Shown here piece after piece: positions 11,896 through 22,803 of a stretch of 64,000 bases of DNA (position 1 is the stretch's first letter; each line of letters starts with the position of its first letter). The stretch comes from Podarcis melisellensis. Lineage: Eukaryota. Position numbers and translations under genes: made by a program. The notes below the pieces were generated by a model, which made no database searches, had not been told where the DNA came from, and was given only the letters and a program-made list of their open reading frames with translations. The stretch lies in the NCBI GenBank assembly GCA_964234715.1, contig OZ174277.1; one strand, 5' to 3'.

Positions 11896-14800
11896 ACCAC
11901 CTATTTATTAGCTCAGATATGCAGGTAAATGAACAATTGTTTGTTCAGATGGCCCTTATGCTTCCTAAATTCATGATAAAATTTAGAGGGCTCATGCTTT
12001 CATTTGTTCTGGTACATTACCCCTTGTTCCACCAACACCCCCTAGTGATGTTCCTCCTTTGGGGAAATGGGTAGTGTTACCAGTGTCAGTTTATCTCTTT
12101 AATGGGTTTGTTCTTTGATCTAAGACTGGATCACATTAAGTATTTTATTGGCCACATTTGATAAAGACTTATGCCTTATGGGGAACTGTTTAGCATGATT
12201 TCCTATAACATCTGCATTTTCAGCATATGCTATGATAAGTCACCTATTACTGTATATTAATTCCACTTTCATACACTATGTTTCCATGTCAACATCTATT
12301 AAAGACATGTGGCATTGATAATTTCCACCTCAGGTGTTCTGCTTGGCAAACAGTAGTTAGACATACAGTGTTACATGAGCAATATTTGGAATTGTAATTC
12401 ATTTTCTGACAGGCCTCCATGGAAGTTAAGCACATGTTTTAAAACATTGTGTTTTAAACATGTTGCATGTGCAGTCAAAATCCACTGTTGCTATCTTGCT
12501 CATCGAATGCTCTTTTTTTTTTATCTGACAGAGGCATCTGCTGATAAAGGAGGTGGGCAAATGATTTCCTACAAATTCCCTTCTCTGCTGCAGCCCCCTG
12601 TGTCCCAGGGGATTGTGGGACCTTCCGGAATAGTATGGAAGGTGACATGAGGTCTGCAGCGGGAAAGGGCCCCCCTCTTAGGTTAGCAGACACCTCTGCT
12701 GGATCACAAGCCATCCTATGGGCAGCACAGCACCTCTCAAATGGATCTGGGCAGATACTCCATAAATATGTGCTACAACTGCCAAGAACAACTTAGTGGT
12801 TGCTTTAATCAAATATCAGTGCTTTTAAGTTACCAAAGTCTGAGTTTGTTTAGGCACAGTTTGGCTGATCCAAGAAGGAATTTGATGCCTGCTGGATACT
12901 ATGTGTTGGTGATGAATGATGCCTAACAATTCAAGAGTGGAACAAGACAGGATGGCAACAGACCCATGTCTTCATATATAGACTGCCACCGACTAGCTGC
13001 CAAGCAGGATGGGGGTGATTAAGAAAAGTGACAGGCAGAAGGGGAGTTCCTAGCCATTCCTCTACCTGTTGTTTTTCAGACCATGACTCCTTCCCAAACC
13101 CCCGTTTCCTCCCTAGTTGAACTTATTTCAAGTCTTGGACCCCAGTTAGGGGAGGGAAGTTTGGGAAAGGCAGGTTCAAAAAGATTAAATGTGGAAATTA
13201 GCGAGCGCTTCTCCATCAGGTTAATGTGTTAACATGAATAGCTTCACACTGGCAAAGTCTGACAAATGGAAGCCACTCTTTCAAGAAATTGACTTATTAG
13301 GTGTCTAAAATTATGACTGCCAAAAAAACAAAGAAAAGAATGGGAAAGGATTAGGGAATAAGCTTCTGTACATGTCATTATCAGAGCCCAACACTACCTC
13401 TTCCTCATATCAGCGAATCTACTTTTCACAGAAATAAGATGCACAATCAAAGAAGTTTGCTCTCATGCTGAATCAAATCAATTCTCTTTGTGATGTCTGG
13501 CTGAATAAATTCAGGATAAGCATCAAAGGAAAATAATAAAGTTCATATGTTTACTTTTCCAGGTGTTCTCTGAACATGTTATTACATCACTTTTTCAATC
13601 TCTACAGGCTGGATTCTGTTTAAATACTCCGTATTCTTAAGGCCGTTCAACAGATGCAAGGAGAATACACAGAGTGAATACTGTAAAATGTAGTAAGTGT
13701 TTGAACTGCTTCCTTTGGGATGCGATGCTCCATTGAACTAAGAACAGAAAATGTGTAAAGTCTATAGCAAACATAGCAAGAGATATGTCCAAGTACATAT
13801 GCATAGGACTACGCTCTAAGAGCTTCTTGTTGGACTACTAGAAAAGGTGCCCAACATTAAAGTGCTTCTTGATTACTTAGATTCTAAAACTTTTGTATTT
13901 ATGCAGATGATGCGAGTAATCTTTAAAATGTTAGTCTTGTTTAGATCATTGATCTTGAACAAATGATGATGATCATATGAATACCTGCATCCTTTTCAGA
14001 TCTGTAATCAGCTGCTCTGTAGTTCCACAATTCAGATGTGGACACAGTACAATTTGGTCTAAATAATTATTGGTCTGCTCTCTACAACATCTAATACATT
14101 TGTTTCATTTAACCAAGCCTACCTTCATTACATTTATTGCAAGCCATTTATTGCAGAATTCCACTTGGACTACAGAAATAGGGGTGTTACCAAGGAACAA
14201 ATGGATTCTCCATTGAAAAAAATTGCAAGGCCTAGATTTTTCATTCATATATCATATAGAGGTCAACATCCATCCAACCTACTCTGAAATCCAGATGGTC
14301 CACTGTCTTCCCCAGTTCTTTAGTCCATGCACAAAGCCGCTTGCAATGGCATCTGTTCTATAATGCCAAAAAGTACTACAGTGAGGTAGAGAATTCTACA
14401 TACATAGAGCATGCATGATCTATGATAGTGGCAGAGACTATATTTGCTGATGTGCTGCATGGCGTATGCAGCTCAGTCTTCCAACCCTGGAGAGGAATTT
14501 GCCAGATCCTAGTAAATCTGTTTTCTATTCCGATTCAGCCCTGCTGTGTGTGAAAATGGGCGGCATCCATCATTTATCATTCAGTGATTTGCATCAGAAC
14601 AAATGATGTGTCTCTGTTGTTTGAAGTGAGGCGAGGGATAGGGAAACATTGTCTGAGTGCTGGATTTGTTTTAGCTATTTCCCACATGCAAGTTTTCCAT
14701 TTTTTATTTTTACCCTACTCTTTGGCTGCAAGAGGCTCGCAGAACAGCTACAATTTGCAACTCAAAAGGCATTGGGGAGAGAGAAGGGAAAGAAATATGC

Positions 14801-17800
14801 TCAGGCACTAATTCTTAGTTACAAAGTTCTTATAATCACCTGAAATGGAAACAGTAGAAGATGAGAAGGAAACAAACGTTGCTGATTTTCCAAGTAGAGA
14901 TGGAGTAGCCCTGCTTCCTTTTTCTCCCTCTGCTGTAGCATGATGGAAGGACAACCACCAGTTAATTGAAGGAGGAGCATGATGAAACTGGCTTCTCAGC
15001 AGGATGGATGAATCTTTTTCTGAGTTTCTCATTCTTCCAGTCTTCAGTTTGCCATATGACTGCAATTTTTTTTTCCAAGAACAAATATCCTCATAGTGTG
15101 CATTTCTCCTAATATGTGTATTTTAATACCATTTTGCTACCCATACACATTTTTGCAAGCCATACAATGCACCTTTGAATGTAACCTACTTTTTGTACAC
15201 TTTTTGTTTGGCAAACAGCACCACAAAATTCATGTTTAAGTTTGTGTACTGTTTCAAAAAGTGCAAGTTAGGTAAGTTTGCAGAAATATGTGAACGAAAC
15301 CAAATTTCTCCCCCATCCCTACTTCTCAGTAGATTTATGGTAGGTGGCCCTGCTTCTCTTTTCTTCCTGCTGCGGCCTGCTGAACATGTATCTGCCATTG
15401 AGCCCAATGTAGACTAATGTAGAAAAATCCTTATCCTAATTTCCAATATTTTGACATTGGCTTTGGAGTTTTAAGCATTAAAATGACAGGAGTGATGCCC
15501 TAAAATAGGGTGGCATTTCTCCACATATAGCAACGGTGTTGCTGCTCTCTTTGATAATTTTGTTGTGTAATCTTTGCACTTCCTCAAACTTTTTTCTCTG
15601 CAGAAAGTTAACTCTGAGAAAGTTAACACACTTTGAAAATTGCTAGAAGTTCTAACTCCCGCACTTCCAATAATTCCAAATGCTTGTGTTGTAAGAGTCC
15701 AAATTTAGGAGCACATATTTCATGCAAAAACTACATTTGCAGTCCAGTGCCAAGACATTTTTGAGTGAAGAGATGTTAACAGCTGAGTGAATGTGGCAAT
15801 CACACACATTTTATTTTTAGATTCAGCCTGCTAGGAACTGAATCATTAAAGAGGGAAGTGAAACATTTTGTAATATCCATTTTTCTTTTAGATTAATTCC
15901 TACTAATGGTGGGACCAGACACATAAATACAGGACATTGCTTGTGTTGTAATGTCACAATAGGAAGAAGGTTGCATCTTTTCACTTGGCTTGCCTATATA
16001 CGTGTTTACCATCCTGGCCCTTCATCCTGAGACTAGTGGGCTTCAGTCACAAAGCTATGCATTATGAGTAAACAGGTTGAACACTAGGTTCGAGTTGTTT
16101 TTGCTAAAAACAACTTCAGGAGAAGGGAAATTGGAGCAGGGAAGCAGCAGAGAGAAGGTGCTTAATCCTTTCACCACACACAGATTATCTGCTCCAAATC
16201 ACCCTCAGATGGTTGCACACACAAACATGTCACACAAACACATATTTTGAATTCTGCATACATAAAACAGTTTGGGAGGAAATCTGTTTAGAGCTTATAA
16301 ATGACAGGCAGGGGAAGAGTTAAGTACCTTCTCTTCTCCTTCAGTCCCCACACTGCTCTGCTTCAGATTCTCTCTCCCTAAAGCTGCTTTTCAAAAAAGA
16401 AAAAAAGAAAAAAGGCCAGCACTGGGGACTCTCACATTCATATTTGCATATATGGCAATGTGTAGTCAGTGTCTCTGTTATCAGTGCTCCAAAAACCTGC
16501 AAAACTTATTTAACCAAATAGGTCAGTGGGGTGGGGGAAAGGATATTACACCAATATTACACTAACATAAATTAAGAGAAAAAATTCTTAATATTGTGAT
16601 CTCTGATTGGTTTTCTAATTGCAGCTTACTTTAAAGTTTTATAACAGTTAGTGAATTCCAGTGATTAATTTCTTCATGCTAACACAGATTATGGTGAGTA
16701 TATTGAACCCTGAAGAAACCTACACAGCCAACTCTCAATAATCATTGATGTTTTTAAATTGAATTAGTCCTTGGTGTAATGCGAACCCTACAACAACAAG
16801 GGAATTATACAATGCAGTATTTAATTCTTGTAAATTTGGGCACAAGGCCGATTAAGGTGTAGCTGGGTGAAATAAGAGGCCTACTCAAAACCTCCAGTTC
16901 TTCAAGGCTTGTGCTTCCACACCCCAGTGGCACTTACTCTGGCCTGAGTGGAACAAATAGAGAATGAAGGTGCCATTTCCTGCAGCACATTACAGAGGGG
17001 GATAGCTGTCCTTCTAATGTCAAGGTATCTACCTCTGACATTCTTTCAGGTCTTAGCTCCCTCCATCTTCTCTTCAGGGGAAAGAGTATGCTGTGACAAG
17101 TATTGATTGAATTCTTCTACAATTGTATCCTGCTCTTCCTTCAAGATGGTTATAATTGAGCAAGATCAGGTAGATCAGAGAGGATGGGGTAGAGGTATAT
17201 GTCTCTCATTATGAAACAGACTTCAACTTTTACATTTTAGTTAGCAATACTCTACTAACCGTTTTGGACAGTATTTAATGTTCCATTTAAATGCTACAGT
17301 AAGGCTAAATCAATGGGATATGTTCCCAACTCTTAACACTTCAACCTCTCATTGTTTCCTATAGCAACAGCATATATTCATCTCTGGTATTGATGCTTAG
17401 AGTAAATGCAGCCTAGGAAAAATATATTGGGCCCAATAGTCTGGAATATTTTTATGTGCTGAATTTTGGGTATAAGGCAGAATGAGAATGATGCATGCAT
17501 ATATGATGTGTGTTAAAGGGGAAAGTAAAGTCAACATTTGCAGCTTAGTCCTAGTCCTAGTCCGAAGTGTGGAAAGTGGGTCAAAGAACAGACAATTACA
17601 TACACTAACCATAGTTATAATTTAATGCATTACAATACAAAAATGAATCAATTCAACACCTACAGGTCATTTAAAACACACCAGAAGTTTCAGGGAATAT
17701 AAAATAATGCTCATAGTTCAATGAACAATACCCAGTACCAATAATATATATATTATACCCACAATAAGAGAATCACATGAAGTTTTACCTCTTCTTTTAT

Positions 17801-18268
17801 TTAAAAAATATTTATTACAAATCCCAGGCAATTTGCTTACTTGCTTGCTTCCTTGCTTGCTTGTCTGGGTGCAAAAACAGGAAATGAGGACAAAATAAAT
17901 ATATTCTAGAAGCTCATCTGCTATAAACACTTTTTATTTCTACAAGTGCATCGCCATGACAATAGCACCATGACAATTAAAGGCTGGGAAAGGGAGCACA
18001 AAACTAGACAGGCATGAAAACCTCCTAATTAAATTATAACTTGTGATTAATATAGTAGGACTTAAAACAATTACTAATGATTGATATAGGAGACTTAAAA
18101 GAGCATAACAAGCACGTTCCGTAGATGTGATCAACTATGCATTTAAGAACAGGTCAAAGTACAATGTTTTCCTGAACTCAATGTGAGCTGAACATTCTAA
18201 GGTGATGAGTGAATGTCTTAGTATTAGAATGGTTTGTGCAGTATCATGTACAGAAGCAAAGCTTAGAA

Positions 18269-18329
18269 GCAAGACTTCCCATCAGGCCACAGTCATGTGC
18301 AAGACTTCCCATCAAGCCACAGTCATGTG
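18269..18329. repeat. 2 x 30-bp tandem repeat in U3 (enhancer-like)
   Basis: GCAAGACTTCCCATCARGCCACAGTCATGT, two copies with one mismatch. Confidence 0.9.
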
Positions 18330-18350
18330 TAGAATCACAGCATCCCATCA

Positions 18351-18371
18351 TCTCCCCTTTCTTTTTTATTT
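18351..18371 (-). promoter_or_regulatory. Polypurine tract preceding the 3' LTR
   Basis: AAATAAAAAAGAAAGGGGAGA immediately followed by TG (start of U3 at 18350). Confidence 0.85.
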
Positions 18372-18374
18372 AAT

Positions 18375-18533
18375 GGTGAGTGGGACAAAAATACATCGGG
18401 ATACGTGGTTTGCCAGCGCATACCTGAAATAATTCAGCCCACCGATGTTGTTGTGTGAGTTCAGGGTGAATGGGACAAAAAATACCTCGGGATACGTGGT
18501 TTGCCAGCGCATGCCCGAAATAATTCTGCCCAC
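18375..18533 (-). repeat. Two ~68-bp direct repeats (18375-18442, 18465-18533) between env stop and PPT; each is self-complementary
   Basis: Read directly: GTGGGCWGAATTATTTCRGGYATGCGCTGGCAAACCACGTATCCCGAKGTATTTTT(T)GTCCCAYTCACC, two copies. Confidence 0.92.
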
Positions 18534-18547
18534 ATCTCCCCTAACGT

Positions 18548-20025
18548 TTACTGTTGGTGCTGCCATTTCGCAAAGTAGGCAGCAATGATTTTATTGGGTG
18601 GCTGAGGAGGAGAAAAACACTGAGACCAAAGGCGTATGAGACCAGGGATGCATTGGATGAAGCAACATAGCAAAATTAATATACATACTATGACAATAGT
18701 ATATTGAAAAAGATTGCGAAGCCAATTCAAATTTGGCAACCAACCAGTGAGCCACTGGGTAAACGAATCCCAGAGGCCAGGAAGTCCAAAGTCCTGTTGA
18801 TGTGATATGTGAGATTTTGCAAATGAGAAATTTGTTTTTGAATAGCTTTAGAATTGTCAGTAATATTAAAACAGCACATGTCATCCACTTGTTCACAGCC
18901 ATAATGATGAAGCATCAGCAAATAATCAATTGCAGCGCGATTCTGTAAGAGTCCATGTTGGAGTTCACTCTGCTCTTTATTCAAAAGGTGAAGGGCTTGT
19001 GAGGTAAAGTTCAGAGCTTTTGCTGCGGAGCAAGCTAAAGCATTAATATTCCTGCTATTCCGTACAGCCAATCCAGGGACTCCTAAGAGAGAGACAGCTA
19101 GAGAAATATATTCAGATCTACTAGGGAGAGAAACAGAATCATCACAATCATTAGTCAATTCTACAGAGCGTCGATATTGAGAGCGGAATAAATGATGCTT
19201 CTTGGGTAAAATGATGGACAAACAGCTTAAGCAACAAGGTGTGCAATGGCTGATGTTTGCCGGAATATAATTGAATGTATAGCCTGGGCACGACCAGAAC
19301 CAGCCTTCAGGCAGCTCTGTATATTTATATATATATGAAATATATACATAATTAGAGCAATTAAAATTGTTATCCTTGCCCATTTTCACACAGTTGGTTT
19401 TTGTCCATTTGACCATACGGGCACAAGTGGCATTAGAGGAGGCCACGTATGGGGTTAACAAATCAATTGCCAGAGATGGGCGTCGGCGCAGTTGGTTACC
19501 CCAGTTATGGTAACCGGAATAACCAAGAGTGCGAAGAGAATCATTTTGGGGTAGGGATGAATAAAACTAGGTATCATTTTGCATATCAAAAGGGTCATGG
19601 CAAACAGGGATAAGGCAAGAACCAAGGATTTGACCTATAGATACCTGTTGAGTTAGGCAAAAAGAAGAAACATTGAGGGTTTTTGCAAAAGATTCCCACA
19701 CATTTATTGGTGTGGAATCACCGATGTTAGGAGCGGAAGCAGAGAGGGGCAAAAACAAAGCACTGAAAATGAGCACTATCATGGAATTTATGTTGAGGCA
19801 AGAAATGAGGCACAGAAGCAAATTATCAGGGGTTGCTTCCAGGTGCTGTTCCTTTCTAAACTGTTCAGCTTGAAGTGAGAGTGATTTTATTTGGCCCCAC
19901 GTCACTGGTTCATTACGATTTCCCCGCTTGCGAGTCCTGGGGGGGCCGGGCGTCGCATCCTGGGCGATCTGCAGTTGACCGTCGAACTGTGGTATCGGAT
20001 TCTGCAGGGCCTGTTGCCATGCCAT
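18548..20025 (-). pseudogene. env: Retroviral env (~492 codons reconstructed): Rec/Rem-like signal peptide plus alpharetrovirus-type SU/TM; premature TAG at 19567-19569 and 1-nt frameshift at ~18797
   Basis: ORFs 19567-20088 and 18727-19461 are in frame across one TAG; ORF 18548-18739 supplies the TM anchor and tail. Motifs: NVWESFAKTLNVSSFCL, LPEGWFWSC, QYRR|SV, Cys-flanked internal fusion peptide, LQNRAAIDYLL (18916-18948), CEQVDDMCC (18871-18897), CCFIQCIP. Confidence 0.93.
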
Positions 20026-20110
20026 GATAGAGGCGGATGCAGCGTGCGGGAACCCAGCGAGCACCCTGTGGAGTAGAAACTGCAGCATAACCCTTCCCCC
20101 AGGTAATCAC
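19913..20110 (-). pseudogene. pol: Retroviral integrase C-terminal remnant (beta/alpha class II type)
   Basis: VITWGKGYAAVSTPQGARWVPARCIR matches the class II IN motif (W)GRGYACV...WVPxRxIR. It contains the env splice acceptor TTTCTACTCCACAG (AG at 20067-20066). Confidence 0.85.
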
Positions 20111-20123
20111 GTTGGGGTCACCA
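20106..20123 (-). promoter_or_regulatory. Primer-binding site complementary to tRNA-Trp
   Basis: TGGTGACCCCAACGTGAT, 17/18 identical to the ASLV tRNA-Trp PBS TGGTGACCCCGACGTGAT, 4 nt after a ...CCTTTCA LTR end. Confidence 0.88.
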
Positions 20124-20679
20124 GATTTGAAAGGATAACCTTGCCTCCACCCACTTCCTTCCTTGCTTAAGATGTGTACCCTTATAAAACTAACACTACT
20201 ACTTAGATTAACTATTTACGATAATCTAAATCTGAGTACATAGATAATTCTAGCCTAGCTTAATTAACCTGATTGTGCTCAGAAAGGTAGGGGAAGGAAA
20301 AATACTAAAGGACAGCTGGAGTGAGGAAGGAAGAGGCAGGTCTGTATGGAGAAGTGTTGTAAAAGAAATAAAATGTAAACATTTCAATTTTTTATTTTAT
20401 TTGAAAAACACATCCACCTTGAAAGATAAAAGATACACTGGATGTTTGCTTCACATCACTCCTGAGAGTCCACCATTAGCACTCTGGTCATTTGCCCTTT
20501 CAGATGGCTCAACTGATAAAGTGTATAGGTTCTGAAATTAATGTAAACTATTATCTTGTAATCATTACTGGTTTGGTTTTACAGTTTTAAAGTAACACAT
20601 TACCATGCAATACCAAAAGAGACATATGTTTTAATATAATTTTATACAATTATTTATTAATTCCATCCTAACCCCTTTC

Positions 20680-21400
20680 TTTTTTTTGTAACCTTTTATT
20701 CATTTTCTATAACCAAACCACAAAAAAAGAAAAACAAAAACAAACAACACACACCAAAGAAAAAAAGACAACATCAACCAAAACAAAACACATGAACAAA
20801 CCAGAATACAAACATTAATTAACAACAAATAACGGTTGACTTCCCTCCATCTCGGTTTTGGGTTATGTAAATATTAAATCCATTCTGCAGTTTTTCATTT
20901 TATACCGTCTACACATTGCAAGGGTTATATTAAACCTACTGTTGGTACATCACCCCTGTGAAATTGCAAAAAATGTATAAGACTGGTGATAAAAGGTGTT
21001 GGAAGTGTAAATCTAAAGAGGGAAGTTTCTACCACATGTGGTGGAAATGTTAAGAAGTTAAAAAAAAATTGGGAATCCATATACAATGAACTGAAAAAAA
21101 TACTTAAATACACTTTTGTTAAAAAGCCTGAAGCCTTCCTTCTGGGAATGATCGGAGATGAGATTAAGAAAGAAGATCATATAATGTTTCAATACGCAAC
21201 TGTAGCTGCCAGGATTCTGTTAGCACAAAATTGGAAAACCCCAAATATCCCGACCATTAAAGATTGGCAAATTAAATTATTTGAATATATGGATTTGGCA
21301 AAAATGACGCAAAACATCAGACAGCAAAAAGGTACAAAGTTTATTGACGATTGGACCAAATTCATAACATATATGGAAACAAATTCTAGAGATATAAAAA
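20680..21400 (-). mobile_element. 5'-truncated, 5'-inverted L1 LINE (3'UTR and poly(A) on -, 20680-20944; ORF2 C-terminus on +, 20941-21400)
   Basis: ORF2 CCHC region RWYITP...CWKC...FYHMWWKC and KKPEAFLLG...AARILLAQNWK. AATAAA plus poly(A) on the - strand. TSD CCATCCTAACC(T)CCTTTC at 20663-20679 and 21401-21418. Confidence 0.9.
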
Positions 21401-21438
21401 CCATCCTAACCTCCTTTCAATGAGTTTAGGATAGAGTA

Positions 21439-21680
21439 CAGTGGAACCTCGCGTTACGTACCATCCTCCTTACAAACGCTTCGGGTAACAGAGCTCCGCT
21501 AACCTGGAAGTAGGTCTCCTGGTAGTGAACTTTGCCCTGGGATGCGAGCGGAAGTCATGCGCCGGTGGCACGGCGGCAGCAGGAAGCCCCATTAGCGAAA
21601 GCAGGCCTGAGGTTAAGAATGGTTTTGGGTTAAGAACGGACCTCCAGAACGAATTAAGTTCGTAACCGGAGGTACCACTG
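21439..21680 (-). mobile_element. Tc1/mariner-type MITE
   Basis: TA-CAGTGGAACCTC...GAGGTACCACTG-TA; inverted relative to the copy at 8094. Confidence 0.88.
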
Positions 21681-22803
21681 TATATCATTCTATTCTGCCC
21701 ATACTTTCACAACACCTCTGAGAAGTAGGCTAGACTGAGTGATGCAGTAACTGGCTCAAGGTTCCTTCCTACCTGAGGAATTTAATCTGGAAATCAGATG
21801 GTCGGTGGGTAGGTATATATAATGTGGCAGCAAATCAAGTGTGTTGGACATGAGTCTAGTCTTCATATTATCTGGTTGCTTAGTACTGGCTTTGACACTG
21901 GGTTAATTTTACTTAAATTAGGGGGAAAGGCCATATGAGCCATAGCAAGAATATAGATTTCTATCTTCTGATAGTGGCCAGGCGTATTATTACTCAGGGA
22001 GGTTCACAAACAGGATATTATGATGATGGTGATATTGATCCCATTAATCCCCAGCATCTGCTAGGCAGAAGGATCTTTGAAAACTCTGGCTATTCTTTCA
22101 GCTGCTATAGCTAGTAGTCATGGTATATTTATCTGGCAGGCATTCATCTTTTTAATGTCTTTTTTTGCTAGAGGCCATTACAATATCCTGTGGTGATGGA
22201 GTGCTGCCCAATTATCCAGTTTATAAAGAAGTCCTTCCTTTTGCTTGTTTTCAATCTGCTGCTTGTCAATTTCATTATATGTTCCTGGGCTTTTGCATTT
22301 TGAGAATAAATAAATTGGGTTGGATCCGTGTGAAGAGCTTCCTGTTCTCCCAGGCTTTTTAATTACAATCTATGGAGTGCTTCTGTTTTGGCATCAAGTT
22401 CACCCTTGCTGTGTTTTATCCTGGTTTTAGTTGTTCTGGTTTTTGTTTTTTTTTACGGGGCTTTTTCCTTTATGAGGTTTTTAAAGGGTTTTTTATTGTG
22501 AATTGTATTGTGTATTTTACTGTCTATGTAAACTGGCCAGATTTTTTTGTGGGGGGAGGATATAAACAATGGCAAGAAGAAGAATCTAGTTTTCCCCATT
22601 ATGCATCAAGTATGCTCATTGCAATAAATAGGACAAATGGCTATTATTCCATGAAGCTACCTTTATTTCTGAGCCCCACCTGTTTGATAATAGTTCACTC
22701 AAAGCCTGTACAACTTCTGTCCACCAAGCCTAACTCATCTTTATGGCCACATCTGGCCAGGTTTCCAGCACCCCACTGTCTGAGTGGTCTCAAGGGGCAT
22801 TGG

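Larger units (their letters stand above)
17930..20370 (-). mobile_element. Internally deleted class II endogenous retrovirus (U5 remnant - PBS Trp - IN tail - env - repeats - PPT - U3 remnant); outer limits approximate
   Basis: PBS, integrase C-terminus, env with ISD and CX6CC, and PPT all lie in the correct order on the - strand. Inner LTR ends TGATGGGAT (starts 18350) and ATCCTTTCA (ends 20128) are imperfect inverted repeats. No TSD or LTR-LTR overlap found. Confidence 0.9.

Noticed and set aside
18269-18533. Repeat-spacer-like pattern resembling a CRISPR array
   Set aside because: Eukaryotic context, only two units, and fully explained by retroviral 3'UTR and U3 duplications.
18548-20025. 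Possible co-opted syncytin-like env
   Set aside because: Premature stop, frameshift and a decayed furin site (QYRR, probably from RYRR by CpG decay) argue against a functional fusogen.
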